Virus record (IMG/VR): IMGVR_UViG_3300020048_000014
Coordinates: 32,001 to 96,000 of that record
DNA: 64,000 nucleotides
Strand: one strand, 5' to 3'
From: a virus
In this document: piece after piece, positions 16,591 through 25,622 of the stretch
How positions within the stretch are numbered: position 1 is the first letter of the stretch
Layout of the letters: the number at the start of each line of letters is the position of its first letter
Made by a program: the position numbers and the translations under genes
The notes under the pieces: model-generated
What the model was told of the DNA's origin: nothing
What the model saw: only the letters and a program-made list of their open reading frames with translations
Database searches by the model: none

Positions 16591-17105
16591 AATGGTTGTG
16601 TTGACTGTGCTATTTTTTCATCGCCGTATTGATAAACTACAAATTCAATTGGGAACCTTTCTTCCAAATCTTGCAACATACCATTCACAACGATCCACGA
16701 TCCTCCCGCCCTACAACATCCAGTATTCTTAGCTATACCGATAAGGATTACGTTATCGTCATCCCCCATTAATTTACACATATCTTCACACGCTAAAAAC
16801 ATCGCATTGTATAGGTGATCATATTGGCAATTTCTACCCAATACCGATCCATCATTCCCAACACCTACTTGGCCATATAAATTATAAACCCATCTGCCAT
16901 TAGGAATTACTGCTTTTGAAAATGATCCTAATTTACTTTCAGGAAAATCAAAATTATGATAGTAATCATAGTCTGCTTGATATACTTCTGGCCATTTCTT
17001 ACTAAGAAAGTAAGCAATTCCTGATCCGTGTGTTTTATATAAGTTTGCACAATGGAATGCACAATCCCATTCTCCTTCTAACAAATCCCCGTAAATATTA
17101 TTCAT
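16587..17105 (-). CDS. macrodomain (ADP-ribose binding/hydrolase) protein
   Basis: IYGDLL, HCANLYKTHGSGIA, VYNLYGQ, GCCRAGGSW. Confidence 0.8.
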   Translation of the reverse strand: MNNIYGDLLEGEWDCAFHCANLYKTHGSGIAYFLSKKWPEVYQADYDYYHNFDFPESKLGSFSKAVIPNGRWVYNLYGQVGVGNDGSVLGRNCQYDHLYNAMFLACEDMCKLMGDDDNVILIGIAKNTGCCRAGGSWIVVNGMLQDLEERFPIEFVVYQYGDEKIAQSTQPL

Positions 17106-17512
17106 TTAAATAGTTCTTTCTTGATATATGACTCCACATCATGTTCATCAATAATCTTATACATATGCCCAACCATTGGATAATGGATTTCAATATATTG
17201 TTTTAAATCTTCTTCATTTTCGGCGCAGACAAAATACCTATCTTCACAATCCGCCCCTAAATTGACTTCATACATTTTATGCACGATGGTATCAAAATAT
17301 ACATACTTATATACTCGCCCATATGCTACTCGCAATACGTAATCAAAAACCACCAATATAGTGCTACCAAATAAAATTATTTTAACTGGCCATGTCATGG
17401 TGGTATCTCGAATAAGTAGAAACATGACGCCGCAACCAATTAATGACATTATCCATCCATACCAATCGACTGGTCGAAATTCTCTTCCCGTTAGTTTAGG
17501 CAAATTACTCAT
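17102..17512 (-). CDS. hypothetical membrane protein
   Basis: Two N-terminal hydrophobic segments. Confidence 0.65.
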   Translation of the reverse strand: MSNLPKLTGREFRPVDWYGWIMSLIGCGVMFLLIRDTTMTWPVKIILFGSTILVVFDYVLRVAYGRVYKYVYFDTIVHKMYEVNLGADCEDRYFVCAENEEDLKQYIEIHYPMVGHMYKIIDEHDVESYIKKELFK

Positions 17513-18002
17513 TTTGTTTTAATAGTTCAGAGTTCTCAAAAATGTTGCCGATTACCTCACATCGGTTGGCAACTTCAGCCCAATAATATTCAGTATCTTT
17601 ATTTTCAAACGAATACATACCTCCATATGTACCCCAGACACAATATGTACCCCAGACACAAGTTAAAATTTCATCTCTAGCCTCCTTTGGATAAGAGGCT
17701 CCGTCAAATACATGGTGAATAATATCTCCTTCATAAATCTCGACACCATTCTTATCTTTCAGCCCAGTGTATCGTTGAATATCAAATGGAGATTGTTTGA
17801 TGCAATTAATACCATCAAAGTAATGATTTGGTTCTTCGGATGGAGAGTACTCGCCATTGCAGTTTACATAGTCTATAATTTTTCCAGTGAAAATATCAAG
17901 CATCCAGTTGCTACACCAATGTGTGCCGCTGTCATTGGCGGTTAACCATTGTTTATATTTTTTATTCCAGACTCGGAATTTAATTGTTTCTCGGTTTGTC
18001 AT
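17505..18002 (-). CDS. YopX-family protein 1
   Basis: IKFRVW, QRYTGLKDKNGVEIYEGDI, EVIGNIFENSELL. Confidence 0.85.
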   Translation of the reverse strand: MTNRETIKFRVWNKKYKQWLTANDSGTHWCSNWMLDIFTGKIIDYVNCNGEYSPSEEPNHYFDGINCIKQSPFDIQRYTGLKDKNGVEIYEGDIIHHVFDGASYPKEARDEILTCVWGTYCVWGTYGGMYSFENKDTEYYWAEVANRCEVIGNIFENSELLKQNE

Positions 18003-18352
18003 AATAGTTCACTGTTTTCAAAAATGTTACCAATCACTTCGATATCTCCTAACATACTTTTATAAAAGCCACTCTTATCTCCAATAAACCATAATCCAAA
18101 AGATGGAGCATCTACTAATGGCATGTCAGTAATATAAATTACTTTGGCCAGTCCGCTTATTGGTTTTACGGCAATTTCTTTGTCATCAAATTTGACAATA
18201 TCACCTTCATAAATGTCAACTCCATTCTTATCTCGTAGTCCAGTATATTGTTGAACAGGATAAGAATACTGATTCAATAGCCGCCAGCTCTGACTGAAAT
18301 ATTCGAACTTGGTTTGTTGGTTATCCCATACTCTAAATTTAATTTCTCTCAT
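17999..18352 (-). CDS. YopX-family protein 2
   Basis: MREIKFRVWD, QQYTGLRDKNGVDIYEGDI, EVIGNIFEN. Confidence 0.85.
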   Translation of the reverse strand: MREIKFRVWDNQQTKFEYFSQSWRLLNQYSYPVQQYTGLRDKNGVDIYEGDIVKFDDKEIAVKPISGLAKVIYITDMPLVDAPSFGLWFIGDKSGFYKSMLGDIEVIGNIFENSELL

Positions 18353-18567
18353 TAGTTTACCTTTATTGTTTGTTTCGACATTGATGCTACCACATCACCA
18401 TTACATAGCAAGCGATATTCGTAAGCATGGTTGTAATGAGATTTTAACATTGCCCATGCTCCTTCGGCAAATGATTTTCTCATACATGAAAAGCTGATTT
18501 GCTTACTCCATTTATCAATTGGAGCTGGCATGTAAAATTCAATATCGTAATATTTTTGATTGTGCAT
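18352..18567 (-). CDS. hypothetical protein
   Basis: ORF track. Confidence 0.6.
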   Translation of the reverse strand: MHNQKYYDIEFYMPAPIDKWSKQISFSCMRKSFAEGAWAMLKSHYNHAYEYRLLCNGDVVASMSKQTIKVN

Positions 18568-18593
18568 GCTTCTAATAGTTCACTGTTTTCAAA

Positions 18594-18617
18594 AATGTTG
18601 CTAATATTAGCAACATT
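18594..18617. repeat. perfect 24-bp palindrome at a YopX-remnant junction
   Basis: AATGTTGCTAAT|ATTAGCAACATT. Confidence 0.9.
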
Positions 18618-18638
18618 AATACATCTTTACATCATGAG

Positions 18639-19106
18639 TTATTCACCAGCAGGCACATCTAGCGACTTCAGGCCTAACTCACGTGCCTTTTCAATTTCAG
18701 CGAGCTGCACGGCAGTACTATTATTTGATAATAGTTTGGTGGTACCTGCCTGTGTTGCCGCGCTATGTGTAGTTACACGGGCACTGGTTGTTGCACCGTG
18801 GCGGGTTGTAGCTGCTGCAATTCCCGCACGATCAGTCATGCCAGACTGAGCGTAAGCTGTCTTAGCAACCGATCCAATAACATGTGCGCCATACGCCATA
18901 CCTGCAACCGTGGTGGCTCGTTGGAATGATTCTGAGTTGTTATTATTGGCAAGTGTAGAGCCAGTCGGACTGACTGTGACTCCTTCGGAATTTCCACCGA
19001 GAGATGCATATGTTGCATGTCCATTGGTTGGTGAGTTGGTGTGAACTAACGTGCATGACGTGAGTAACGCGATAAGCGCGATAAGTGCTACTGTGTTTGT
19101 TTTCAT
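18639..19106 (-). CDS. putative lipoprotein
   Basis: Signal peptide with lipobox-like LLTSC; Ala/Thr/Gly-rich body. Confidence 0.7.
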   Translation of the reverse strand: MKTNTVALIALIALLTSCTLVHTNSPTNGHATYASLGGNSEGVTVSPTGSTLANNNNSESFQRATTVAGMAYGAHVIGSVAKTAYAQSGMTDRAGIAAATTRHGATTSARVTTHSAATQAGTTKLLSNNSTAVQLAEIEKARELGLKSLDVPAGE

Positions 19107-19135
19107 ATTATTATTATTTATAGAATTTGAAGATG

Positions 19136-19633
19136 TTATTTTAACATCACATTGTTTTCGAAACTGTTGCTCATTACAACACAGATATTAAACTGTGAAA
19201 TAGGTTGCGGAGGAGGCAGTTTGTATTGATAAATCGGTTCGTCATCTTGGCCATGTCCTATAATTTCTGCTATGTGAGAAAATGCAAAATTACCACCACC
19301 GATACCAAATCCTTGGGGAGCTGATAATTTAATAGGATTCAATTGAAAAGCTCCACGATAGAAAATTACTTCAAACTGATTATGATCTTTTTCATCAACT
19401 CTTCTACCAAAATAATCCAACCATACTATGTCACCTTCATAAATGTCAACGCCATTCTTATCAGTAACACCAGTCCATTGTTGAACGATGTATTCCTTGC
19501 CACCAGATCCATTTTGAAGATTGTGAAATTCACCGTTCAAAGAAAGAATATAATGCCCTTGGTATCCTTCATCACATTTGATGAATCGTTCATCAAGTTT
19601 ATCCCATACTCTAAATTTAATTTCTCTACTCAT
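19136..19633 (-). CDS. YopX-family protein 3
   Basis: MSREIKFRVWD, QQWTGVTDKNGVDIYEGDI. Confidence 0.85.
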   Translation of the reverse strand: MSREIKFRVWDKLDERFIKCDEGYQGHYILSLNGEFHNLQNGSGGKEYIVQQWTGVTDKNGVDIYEGDIVWLDYFGRRVDEKDHNQFEVIFYRGAFQLNPIKLSAPQGFGIGGGNFAFSHIAEIIGHGQDDEPIYQYKLPPPQPISQFNICVVMSNSFENNVMLK

Positions 19634-19692
19634 GCTTCTAATAGTTCACTGTTTTCAGTTATCATATTTATTATAGTTATTATATTTCAATT

Positions 19693-19980
19693 TTAATCAA
19701 CAATCTCTTCTAAATCATCAGGAGATAAACTGGAGGTTCTTGTTATAGCATGTGAAATATCCCCAAATTTATAAGGGCATTTATACTTTTTCAATTCTTC
19801 TTTAATTTCGCTACTAATATCACAAGATCCCATAATAATATATTCTGGACACTCTTCTGTTACAAATGGTCGGTCTGATGCTATTACCATAGCCACAAGT
19901 GCCAGATATTTAGTTGTTCCATTGAGCGTAGCTGTTCCCCTATTGTACACCACTCCTTTAATAATATCTTTAGATCTCAT
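19693..19980 (-). CDS. hypothetical protein
   Basis: ORF track. Confidence 0.65.
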   Translation of the reverse strand: MRSKDIIKGVVYNRGTATLNGTTKYLALVAMVIASDRPFVTEECPEYIIMGSCDISSEIKEELKKYKCPYKFGDISHAITRTSSLSPDDLEEIVD

Positions 19981-20425
19981 TTATTTTGATTATTTCGTTT
20001 TCAGTTTTTAGCAATATTTTTTTAGCCACTTCCAACATATTCAATGCGAACGGGTCTGGTTGCTTTTCAAGTAAATCTTTATTTTCAAAAATGTTGCCGA
20101 TTACCTCGCATTCACCTCCTTGTAGGAAAGTGTCTATTAATTTCCATCCATTATAATCGTATCCATCATTTTCACTTCTCCATTCAACTACTACTTTGTC
20201 ATACTTTGGAGATTGATATGAGCCATCTTGATATTGAATGATATCTCCTTCGTAAATCTCTGTTTCATTTTTGTCTTTGATACCAGTGTATTGTTGAATT
20301 GTCAGTGTTTCTGGAATTTTAGGATCTCTAAATCTATCAAACCAATTCCAAGAATCATATTCTGAAACATCTGAAAATTCGTTTTCAGCTTTATCCCAGA
20401 CTCTAAATTTAAGTTCTCTGCTCAT
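19970..20425 (-). CDS. YopX-family protein 4
   Basis: MSRELKFRVWD, QQYTGIKDKNETEIYEGDI, EVIGNIFEN. Confidence 0.85.
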   Translation of the reverse strand: MSRELKFRVWDKAENEFSDVSEYDSWNWFDRFRDPKIPETLTIQQYTGIKDKNETEIYEGDIIQYQDGSYQSPKYDKVVVEWRSENDGYDYNGWKLIDTFLQGGECEVIGNIFENKDLLEKQPDPFALNMLEVAKKILLKTENEIIKINEI

Positions 20426-20598
20426 GCTTTTAATAGTTCTTCCTTTCTGGTGTTAATACTCTTCTCAAGATCATCTAATTTCTTAGTGATTTCTTTAGTC
20501 TTACCCATATCTTCCTGCTTTGCTAATTTGAAATATCGTTCTTTCAACGCGGAAAGAGTTTCATCATTTGCTATGATAGCTTCTTCTTGTTCAGTCAT
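20422..20598 (-). CDS. small coiled-coil hypothetical protein
   Basis: Likely start MTEQEE, overlapping the upstream stop. Confidence 0.55.
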   Translation of the reverse strand: MTEQEEAIIANDETLSALKERYFKLAKQEDMGKTKEITKKLDDLEKSINTRKEELLKA

Positions 20599-20779
20599 AA
20601 AATTCCATATCCTGCTTTTTTCCGTATAGTGATTTATGCCTCGATAGCATCGATGCGTCTGTATATCCCTGATCATAACAAGATTTTCCTAAATCTTGCA
20701 TTTTTTCTCGAATATCATCTATCTCTTCGGTTGAATATCCCCAAGTTTCGTATAACTGTTTAAGTAATTGTATCAACAT
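20591..20779 (-). CDS. hypothetical protein
   Basis: ATG 6 nt after promoter copy 14. Confidence 0.7.
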   Translation of the reverse strand: MLIQLLKQLYETWGYSTEEIDDIREKMQDLGKSCYDQGYTDASMLSRHKSLYGKKQDMEFYD

Positions 20780-20785
20780 GTTTTT

Positions 20786-20803
20786 ATTATAGTGTAGTGT
20801 TTA
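20786..20803 (-). promoter_or_regulatory. Promoter motif copy 14
   Basis: TAAACACTA CAC TATAAT AAAAAC ATG. Confidence 0.75.
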
Positions 20804-20814
20804 ATAAATTAAAT

Positions 20815-21366
20815 TTATTCTTCTTCATGTTCAAATGCTATTTCTATTTTTTTAATTAATTCTTCTAGTGTGATATCAAGACCTTCTTGAAAATATCGCA
20901 CATCAAAATTATTAACTTGGACTAGTTTCTCTGGGGCCAATCCATACAAAAAATTAACTTTATTATTAATTCCAGATCTATGAAATGAATAGTTTTCATT
21001 ATCGACTAATACACAATTCTTGTCTCTAAATCTTGGAACGGTATAGTTTATATCCTCGCGTGTAAATGTATTACTTGGAGGAATTCCTATATTGAGTAAA
21101 TTCGCAGATCTTAAAACGTAATCACATGATCCCCATGATAAAATACACACATTATCCAGTCCAAGAGTCATCTGGAAATATTTGATTAGTTCTTTCGACC
21201 AAGATCTAATAAATGACACATACCAACTGTCATTGGGTAATTGAAATTTTACACCGTGCCAATACTCGCCATATCTATCTATGAGTTCATCTGCATGTTT
21301 TTCGTTGGTCGCATATAAAGATGAACATAAAGTTTCATCATAATCTAATACTAGTATGTTGCTCAT
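20815..21366 (-). CDS. HAD-superfamily (FCP1/NIF-like) phosphatase
   Basis: LVLDYDETL (DxDxT), FIRSW, VLVDN. Confidence 0.7.
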   Translation of the reverse strand: MSNILVLDYDETLCSSLYATNEKHADELIDRYGEYWHGVKFQLPNDSWYVSFIRSWSKELIKYFQMTLGLDNVCILSWGSCDYVLRSANLLNIGIPPSNTFTREDINYTVPRFRDKNCVLVDNENYSFHRSGINNKVNFLYGLAPEKLVQVNNFDVRYFQEGLDITLEELIKKIEIAFEHEEE

Positions 21367-22091
21367 AATTTATATTCAATGTTTGCGTCAAATTCAAATA
21401 GCTCATTGATATCCAAACATCTATAATAGATATTATTTTCTTCTTGTCGAATTGCATTGTGATAGTGACCGCTGAAAATTGTTTTGACCCCTGAATCCTT
21501 TACGATATTGCTCATATTAATTCTTTGAGAATTGCAATCTTCTATCAGAAGTGGGTCTTTTTCGATAGCCCATTGAAATCTTTCTCCGAGAGAATTTGTC
21601 GAATGATTAAAATATTCAGGACAATCATGTGAAAACATAATATCACATTTCTCTAAATGTTGTAAAGTGGGTGTCGGTTCCTCGACCCAATAATCTACAC
21701 CATTTGTTCGCATACACCTATCAACACTTATACCACCCCCGACAAATAAAACTTTTTTATTGTTTGGAAAAATTCCAATATCACCAGACTGAATCAAAAA
21801 CACATTCGAATAACTTTGGGGAAGTCTCCAAACATCTGGATTATCGTGGTTTCCCGGTGCCAGATAACAGTTAATATTATTTTTTTTACATAGATTATTG
21901 ATACGAGAGAGCCAAGATTTGGCGTTGTCTATGGAATATGATGGATTACCAAATCCCCACCCACCGTCCCCGATTTGATAATAATCATTTCCTTCAGGAA
22001 TTTTTTCATTCAAGGTATGATATATTACAGAGATATCGTGAGTGTCTCCTTGAAGTATTATTGTGTTTTTTCTAAAATTATATTTTCTCAT
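21363..22091 (-). CDS. calcineurin-like metallophosphoesterase
   Basis: GDTH, IGDGG, GNHD, SHDCP, SGHYH. Confidence 0.85.
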   Translation of the reverse strand: MRKYNFRKNTIILQGDTHDISVIYHTLNEKIPEGNDYYQIGDGGWGFGNPSYSIDNAKSWLSRINNLCKKNNINCYLAPGNHDNPDVWRLPQSYSNVFLIQSGDIGIFPNNKKVLFVGGGISVDRCMRTNGVDYWVEEPTPTLQHLEKCDIMFSHDCPEYFNHSTNSLGERFQWAIEKDPLLIEDCNSQRINMSNIVKDSGVKTIFSGHYHNAIRQEENNIYYRCLDINELFEFDANIEYKL

Positions 22092-22131
22092 ATATGAATT
22101 GTATTTCGTGGTCTTCACGATAAATAATACC

Positions 22132-22959
22132 ATGAATATAGATATAAATCAAGCTGATAGTTGTTATTTATTGGGATATTTTTGGGCTGATTGCTTTTTC
22201 GGTGCAACCAATATAGAAAAGGATTATTATAATTTTTCATTTGAAATAAAAACTTCAGATTTTATTCAAATATGGCCTATGTTACAACATATGGGATTTG
22301 AAAAATACAGCACCCGTAAAAGAAAAAATTCTAAAAATTCTCAATCGTGTGTTCGTCTCTACCAGAGAGAACAATTATCTTTTTTTAAAACTTATAATTT
22401 TCACAAAAAATACGATGAATGTACATTATATTTTTCTTTAACCGATGAAATGAAAATTTATTTTGTTAAGGGATTTCTGGACGGGGATGGTAGTATTTCC
22501 ATAGATAAAAATGGTTTATTTAGAATAGGTTTCAATGGTCCTTATCATCAAAACTGGAACTTTCTTGAACATTTTTGTAATACATATAACATAAAATATG
22601 TGATATATAGAAAGGAGAGAGTTTCACGCCACGAAACCCATGTTAAAAATATTCATAAATATTCAGTATTCGAATTTACCAATAGAGAAAATAGATTAAA
22701 TTTTTGTGAAATATTTAAAGATATAAATATTGGATTAACTAGAAAATTTAAAGTTTTTGAGAATTATAAAAACTGGCTAAGTTCTAATCAAAAACCATCT
22801 AGAATAATTTCCACTGGGATTTCTATAAATCCAAAATATAATACTTTTATAGTGTATTCAATCACATCGCCGCAAACTCCTAGAACGTATATAGGCACAT
22901 TCAAAACTCTAGAGGAGGCTATTACTGCTCAGAATAATTTCAATATTCAATTTCCATAG
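22132..22959 (+). mobile_element. free-standing LAGLIDADG homing endonuclease, antisense to the region
   Basis: YLLGYFWAD and YFVKGFLDGDGSI helices; C-terminal YIGTFKTLEEA (AP2-like); TAAATA 5 nt upstream of the ATG. Confidence 0.8.
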
Positions 22960-23119
22960 AGTCCAAAATATCTCTAGCCATCGTTATTTGACCATCTTCG
23001 AATCCCATATAATATGCATCATCTACATTACCACCACTATAGTCGTAAACACAAAAATCTTCATCATCCCCCGATATTTTTCGTTTAGCGGTTAAAATAC
23101 ACCATCTGCTAAAATTCAT
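22940..23119 (-). CDS. small hypothetical protein (59 aa, below ORF-track cutoff)
   Basis: MNFSRWCILTAKRKISGDDEDFCVYDYSGGNVDDAYYMGFEDGQITMARDILDSMEIEY; ATG 6 nt after promoter copy 15. Confidence 0.7.
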   Translation of the reverse strand: MNFSRWCILTAKRKISGDDEDFCVYDYSGGNVDDAYYMGFEDGQITMARDILDSMEIEY

Positions 23120-23125
23120 GACTGA

Positions 23126-23143
23126 ATTATGTCTTAGTGTTTA
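23126..23143 (-). promoter_or_regulatory. Promoter motif copy 15
   Basis: TAAACACTA AGA CATAAT TCAGTC ATG. Confidence 0.7.
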
Positions 23144-23739
23144 ATCAATGGTCGAGCACTCTCGAATATCCCCTTAATTATGGGTCTAGCGATCCCATTT
23201 GCACTATGAACGTAATACGTGGGTAGAGGGTGCTGAAACTCCTTACAACGCTCACATAACCATGCTGCACAATGCGCCCCAGTTTTGATTGAAGAGTTTT
23301 CCCAATCAATCATCTGAAACATTTTTCGGACATCTTCTTCTGGGACGTTACTACATTCTGGAATCCACAAATCATTATCGAATGATACTACTTGTGGAAT
23401 TCCATGAGTTTCGACATAAGTCACGAATTCATCATACGATCTTACTATATCCCATTTAAAATTAGCGATGCCAGAAACTTGTTGAAGAGTTTTATTTTCA
23501 TCCCAAATGAAAGCATGTTGCGGGATTCGGTCATCATCAAGGAAGAGAGATCGTTGAGGTTTATGATTATCCGCCTCTACATTTTCGATTACCGATGAAA
23601 AATCATTTGAAAATTTTGTATATGAATCATACTTTTTATTTTTCATATTATCCCATAATGGGCTATTTCTATACGCTGAATGATCAGATATTCGGCAATC
23701 CGATCCTTTGCCCCCGTGCCATTGTTTAGGTTTCGCCAT
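23134..23739 (-). CDS. cyclic-phosphate-processing receiver-like domain protein with short N-terminal GKGS module
   Basis: LFLDDDRIP, VSFDNDL, KTGAHCAAWL, YVHSANG. Confidence 0.7.
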   Translation of the reverse strand: MAKPKQWHGGKGSDCRISDHSAYRNSPLWDNMKNKKYDSYTKFSNDFSSVIENVEADNHKPQRSLFLDDDRIPQHAFIWDENKTLQQVSGIANFKWDIVRSYDEFVTYVETHGIPQVVSFDNDLWIPECSNVPEEDVRKMFQMIDWENSSIKTGAHCAAWLCERCKEFQHPLPTYYVHSANGIARPIIKGIFESARPLIKH

Positions 23740-24253
23740 CTGATTTATCTAAATCCTCCTGTTCGATCTTTTCTAATTCCTTTCGAATTTCTTCTCTTAC
23801 AAATTTTTCACCTTCTTCCAATGATTCAATCGGAAAATAATCTTCCATCGATCCATATTCGCTATGTTTTAAATCCCATACTATTCTATTATCATAGAGC
23901 ATAGGATGTAATTGGTATTGGAAGCGGGAATTTTTGTTCCCGTAATATGACCTATGACATAATATATCGTTACCATTATCATCATCGATAACTTCCCAAA
24001 AATCTTTTTTCAAAGATTTGACTTTGCTAATATCAATTTCCATAATATTTTCATCTTCATCATTTTTAGAAAATTTTATAATGTCTCGGTCCACTAACGA
24101 TTGACCAGTTTCAACCATAATCTCATTTCCTGACCAATATGACTGTGAATCAATATCCATATTTTTTAATGAATATAACACGAAAATCGCTCCTATATCT
24201 TCCAGTGATAATTCACATTCTGCTAATTCTTTAGGTAAAATTATATCATTCAT
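23726..24253 (-). CDS. hypothetical protein
   Basis: ORF track. Confidence 0.7.
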   Translation of the reverse strand: MNDIILPKELAECELSLEDIGAIFVLYSLKNMDIDSQSYWSGNEIMVETGQSLVDRDIIKFSKNDEDENIMEIDISKVKSLKKDFWEVIDDDNGNDILCHRSYYGNKNSRFQYQLHPMLYDNRIVWDLKHSEYGSMEDYFPIESLEEGEKFVREEIRKELEKIEQEDLDKSDGET

Positions 24254-24473
24254 GATAAATATCGGATAGTTTTTTTCCGTAACCTTCTAAATATTCTTCA
24301 AATGAATTTTGCTCAGTAGTATGATTAAAAATATAATCAAATAACCAATCTTCACCATCTTCCAATAAGTCCAGATTATCTAAAAGAATATCAAAGTATT
24401 GGGTTTGAATCTTTGACATTTCCCTGACAAGATATTTTATATTATTCAGTAGTATTATTTGTTCTTCTTTCAT
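24246..24473 (-). CDS. hypothetical protein
   Basis: ORF track. Confidence 0.65.
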   Translation of the reverse strand: MKEEQIILLNNIKYLVREMSKIQTQYFDILLDNLDLLEDGEDWLFDYIFNHTTEQNSFEEYLEGYGKKLSDIYHE

Positions 24474-24480
24474 ATAGTTA

Positions 24481-24669
24481 TTATTGACAATTCTTCATCC
24501 ACCAAAAACTTATTTCAGCGTCGAAATCTTTTTTAGATTTTATCGTTCCCGGATTTACAAAAATATAAGTCTCTGGTCGTTCCAGATCATTCCCCCAAAC
24601 TTCAATCACATCTACATCATTCATAATGAAACTATAATTACCCACAACCCCTTCGTATTTCTCACTCAT
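24481..24669 (-). CDS. hypothetical protein
   Basis: ORF track. Confidence 0.6.
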   Translation of the reverse strand: MSEKYEGVVGNYSFIMNDVDVIEVWGNDLERPETYIFVNPGTIKSKKDFDAEISFWWMKNCQ

Positions 24670-24693
24670 TGTTTTTTATCATTTTATATTTAT

Positions 24694-25605
24694 TCATAAT
24701 CTAGTCAACACATTTTTTACTAAAGTTTTAAACCTATAGGTAGCAGCATTATTTGGTAATTTTTTACTAGAGTCATCACTCAGCCAATACTCAATAATAA
24801 CTGCAAAAAACTCATCAAAATTAATCAATCCATATTGTGGAAACCCTAGTTTTTCTGATATTTTTTTTCTTAATATATCAGCTTCCCTAACACTCACAGT
24901 ATTTCGAATATCACTCGGCTCAAGTGATGTCTTCTTCTTTTTAGATTTTTTCCAGTAAATGTCAAGTAAATCTTTGTAAGATTTTTCTAAAAGTTGATTT
25001 GTTTGTGTCGGAATTAATCCGACCACGAAGTGTGCGAATTCGTGAATCCACAAATCGATATTATCGATTTGATTTTGATCGATAAAAATTAATCTATCAA
25101 AATAAATGCCCGGTGGATTTTTTGAATACAATCCTTTAAATTTAGGGTTTTTATATGAATTGGTTATAACTATTTTCGGTTTTCGATTCGGCATTATTCC
25201 TCTAGTCTTCAATAAAAGTTTACTGATCATTTTTGGAAGTATATACATTTTATATTCATCATTCTTAAAATTCTCGTCTACATATTTATCGAGAAATATT
25301 TGAATGCCTTGCACTTCTAATATTTTTTCATATTCCGAAGTTTTCGCTCGTTGGTATGAATTTTGATATTCATCAGCTAATTGATTCAACCATGAATCCG
25401 CCCTTTGGGGGAAGGTTTTCCGCAATTCTAAATAGTCTGTCTTAATTTTAAGGTTTTTTGAGTCGTTGGATAAATCTCCATTGAGAATATAATTTTTCCA
25501 CTCGCTTGCTTTATCAGTGCCGTCGCCTCTCGTAGGACTTATTCCGATGAGGGATTTCTTCCTCAGTGGATTTTTTATTTTTTCAAGAAGACTATAGAAA
25601 TTCAT
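24694..25605 (-). CDS. zincin-like metallopeptidase motif protein
   Basis: WIHEFAH (HExxH) with downstream DEFFA; TAAATA upstream. Confidence 0.6.
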   Translation of the reverse strand: MNFYSLLEKIKNPLRKKSLIGISPTRGDGTDKASEWKNYILNGDLSNDSKNLKIKTDYLELRKTFPQRADSWLNQLADEYQNSYQRAKTSEYEKILEVQGIQIFLDKYVDENFKNDEYKMYILPKMISKLLLKTRGIMPNRKPKIVITNSYKNPKFKGLYSKNPPGIYFDRLIFIDQNQIDNIDLWIHEFAHFVVGLIPTQTNQLLEKSYKDLLDIYWKKSKKKKTSLEPSDIRNTVSVREADILRKKISEKLGFPQYGLINFDEFFAVIIEYWLSDDSSKKLPNNAATYRFKTLVKNVLTRL

Positions 25606-25622
25606 GTAAAATATTTAATCTA

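Noticed and set aside
22940-23119. Apparent frameshifted pseudogene after promoter copy 15
   Set aside because: Careful re-reading shows a continuous 59-codon ORF from the ATG; it was only below the track cutoff.
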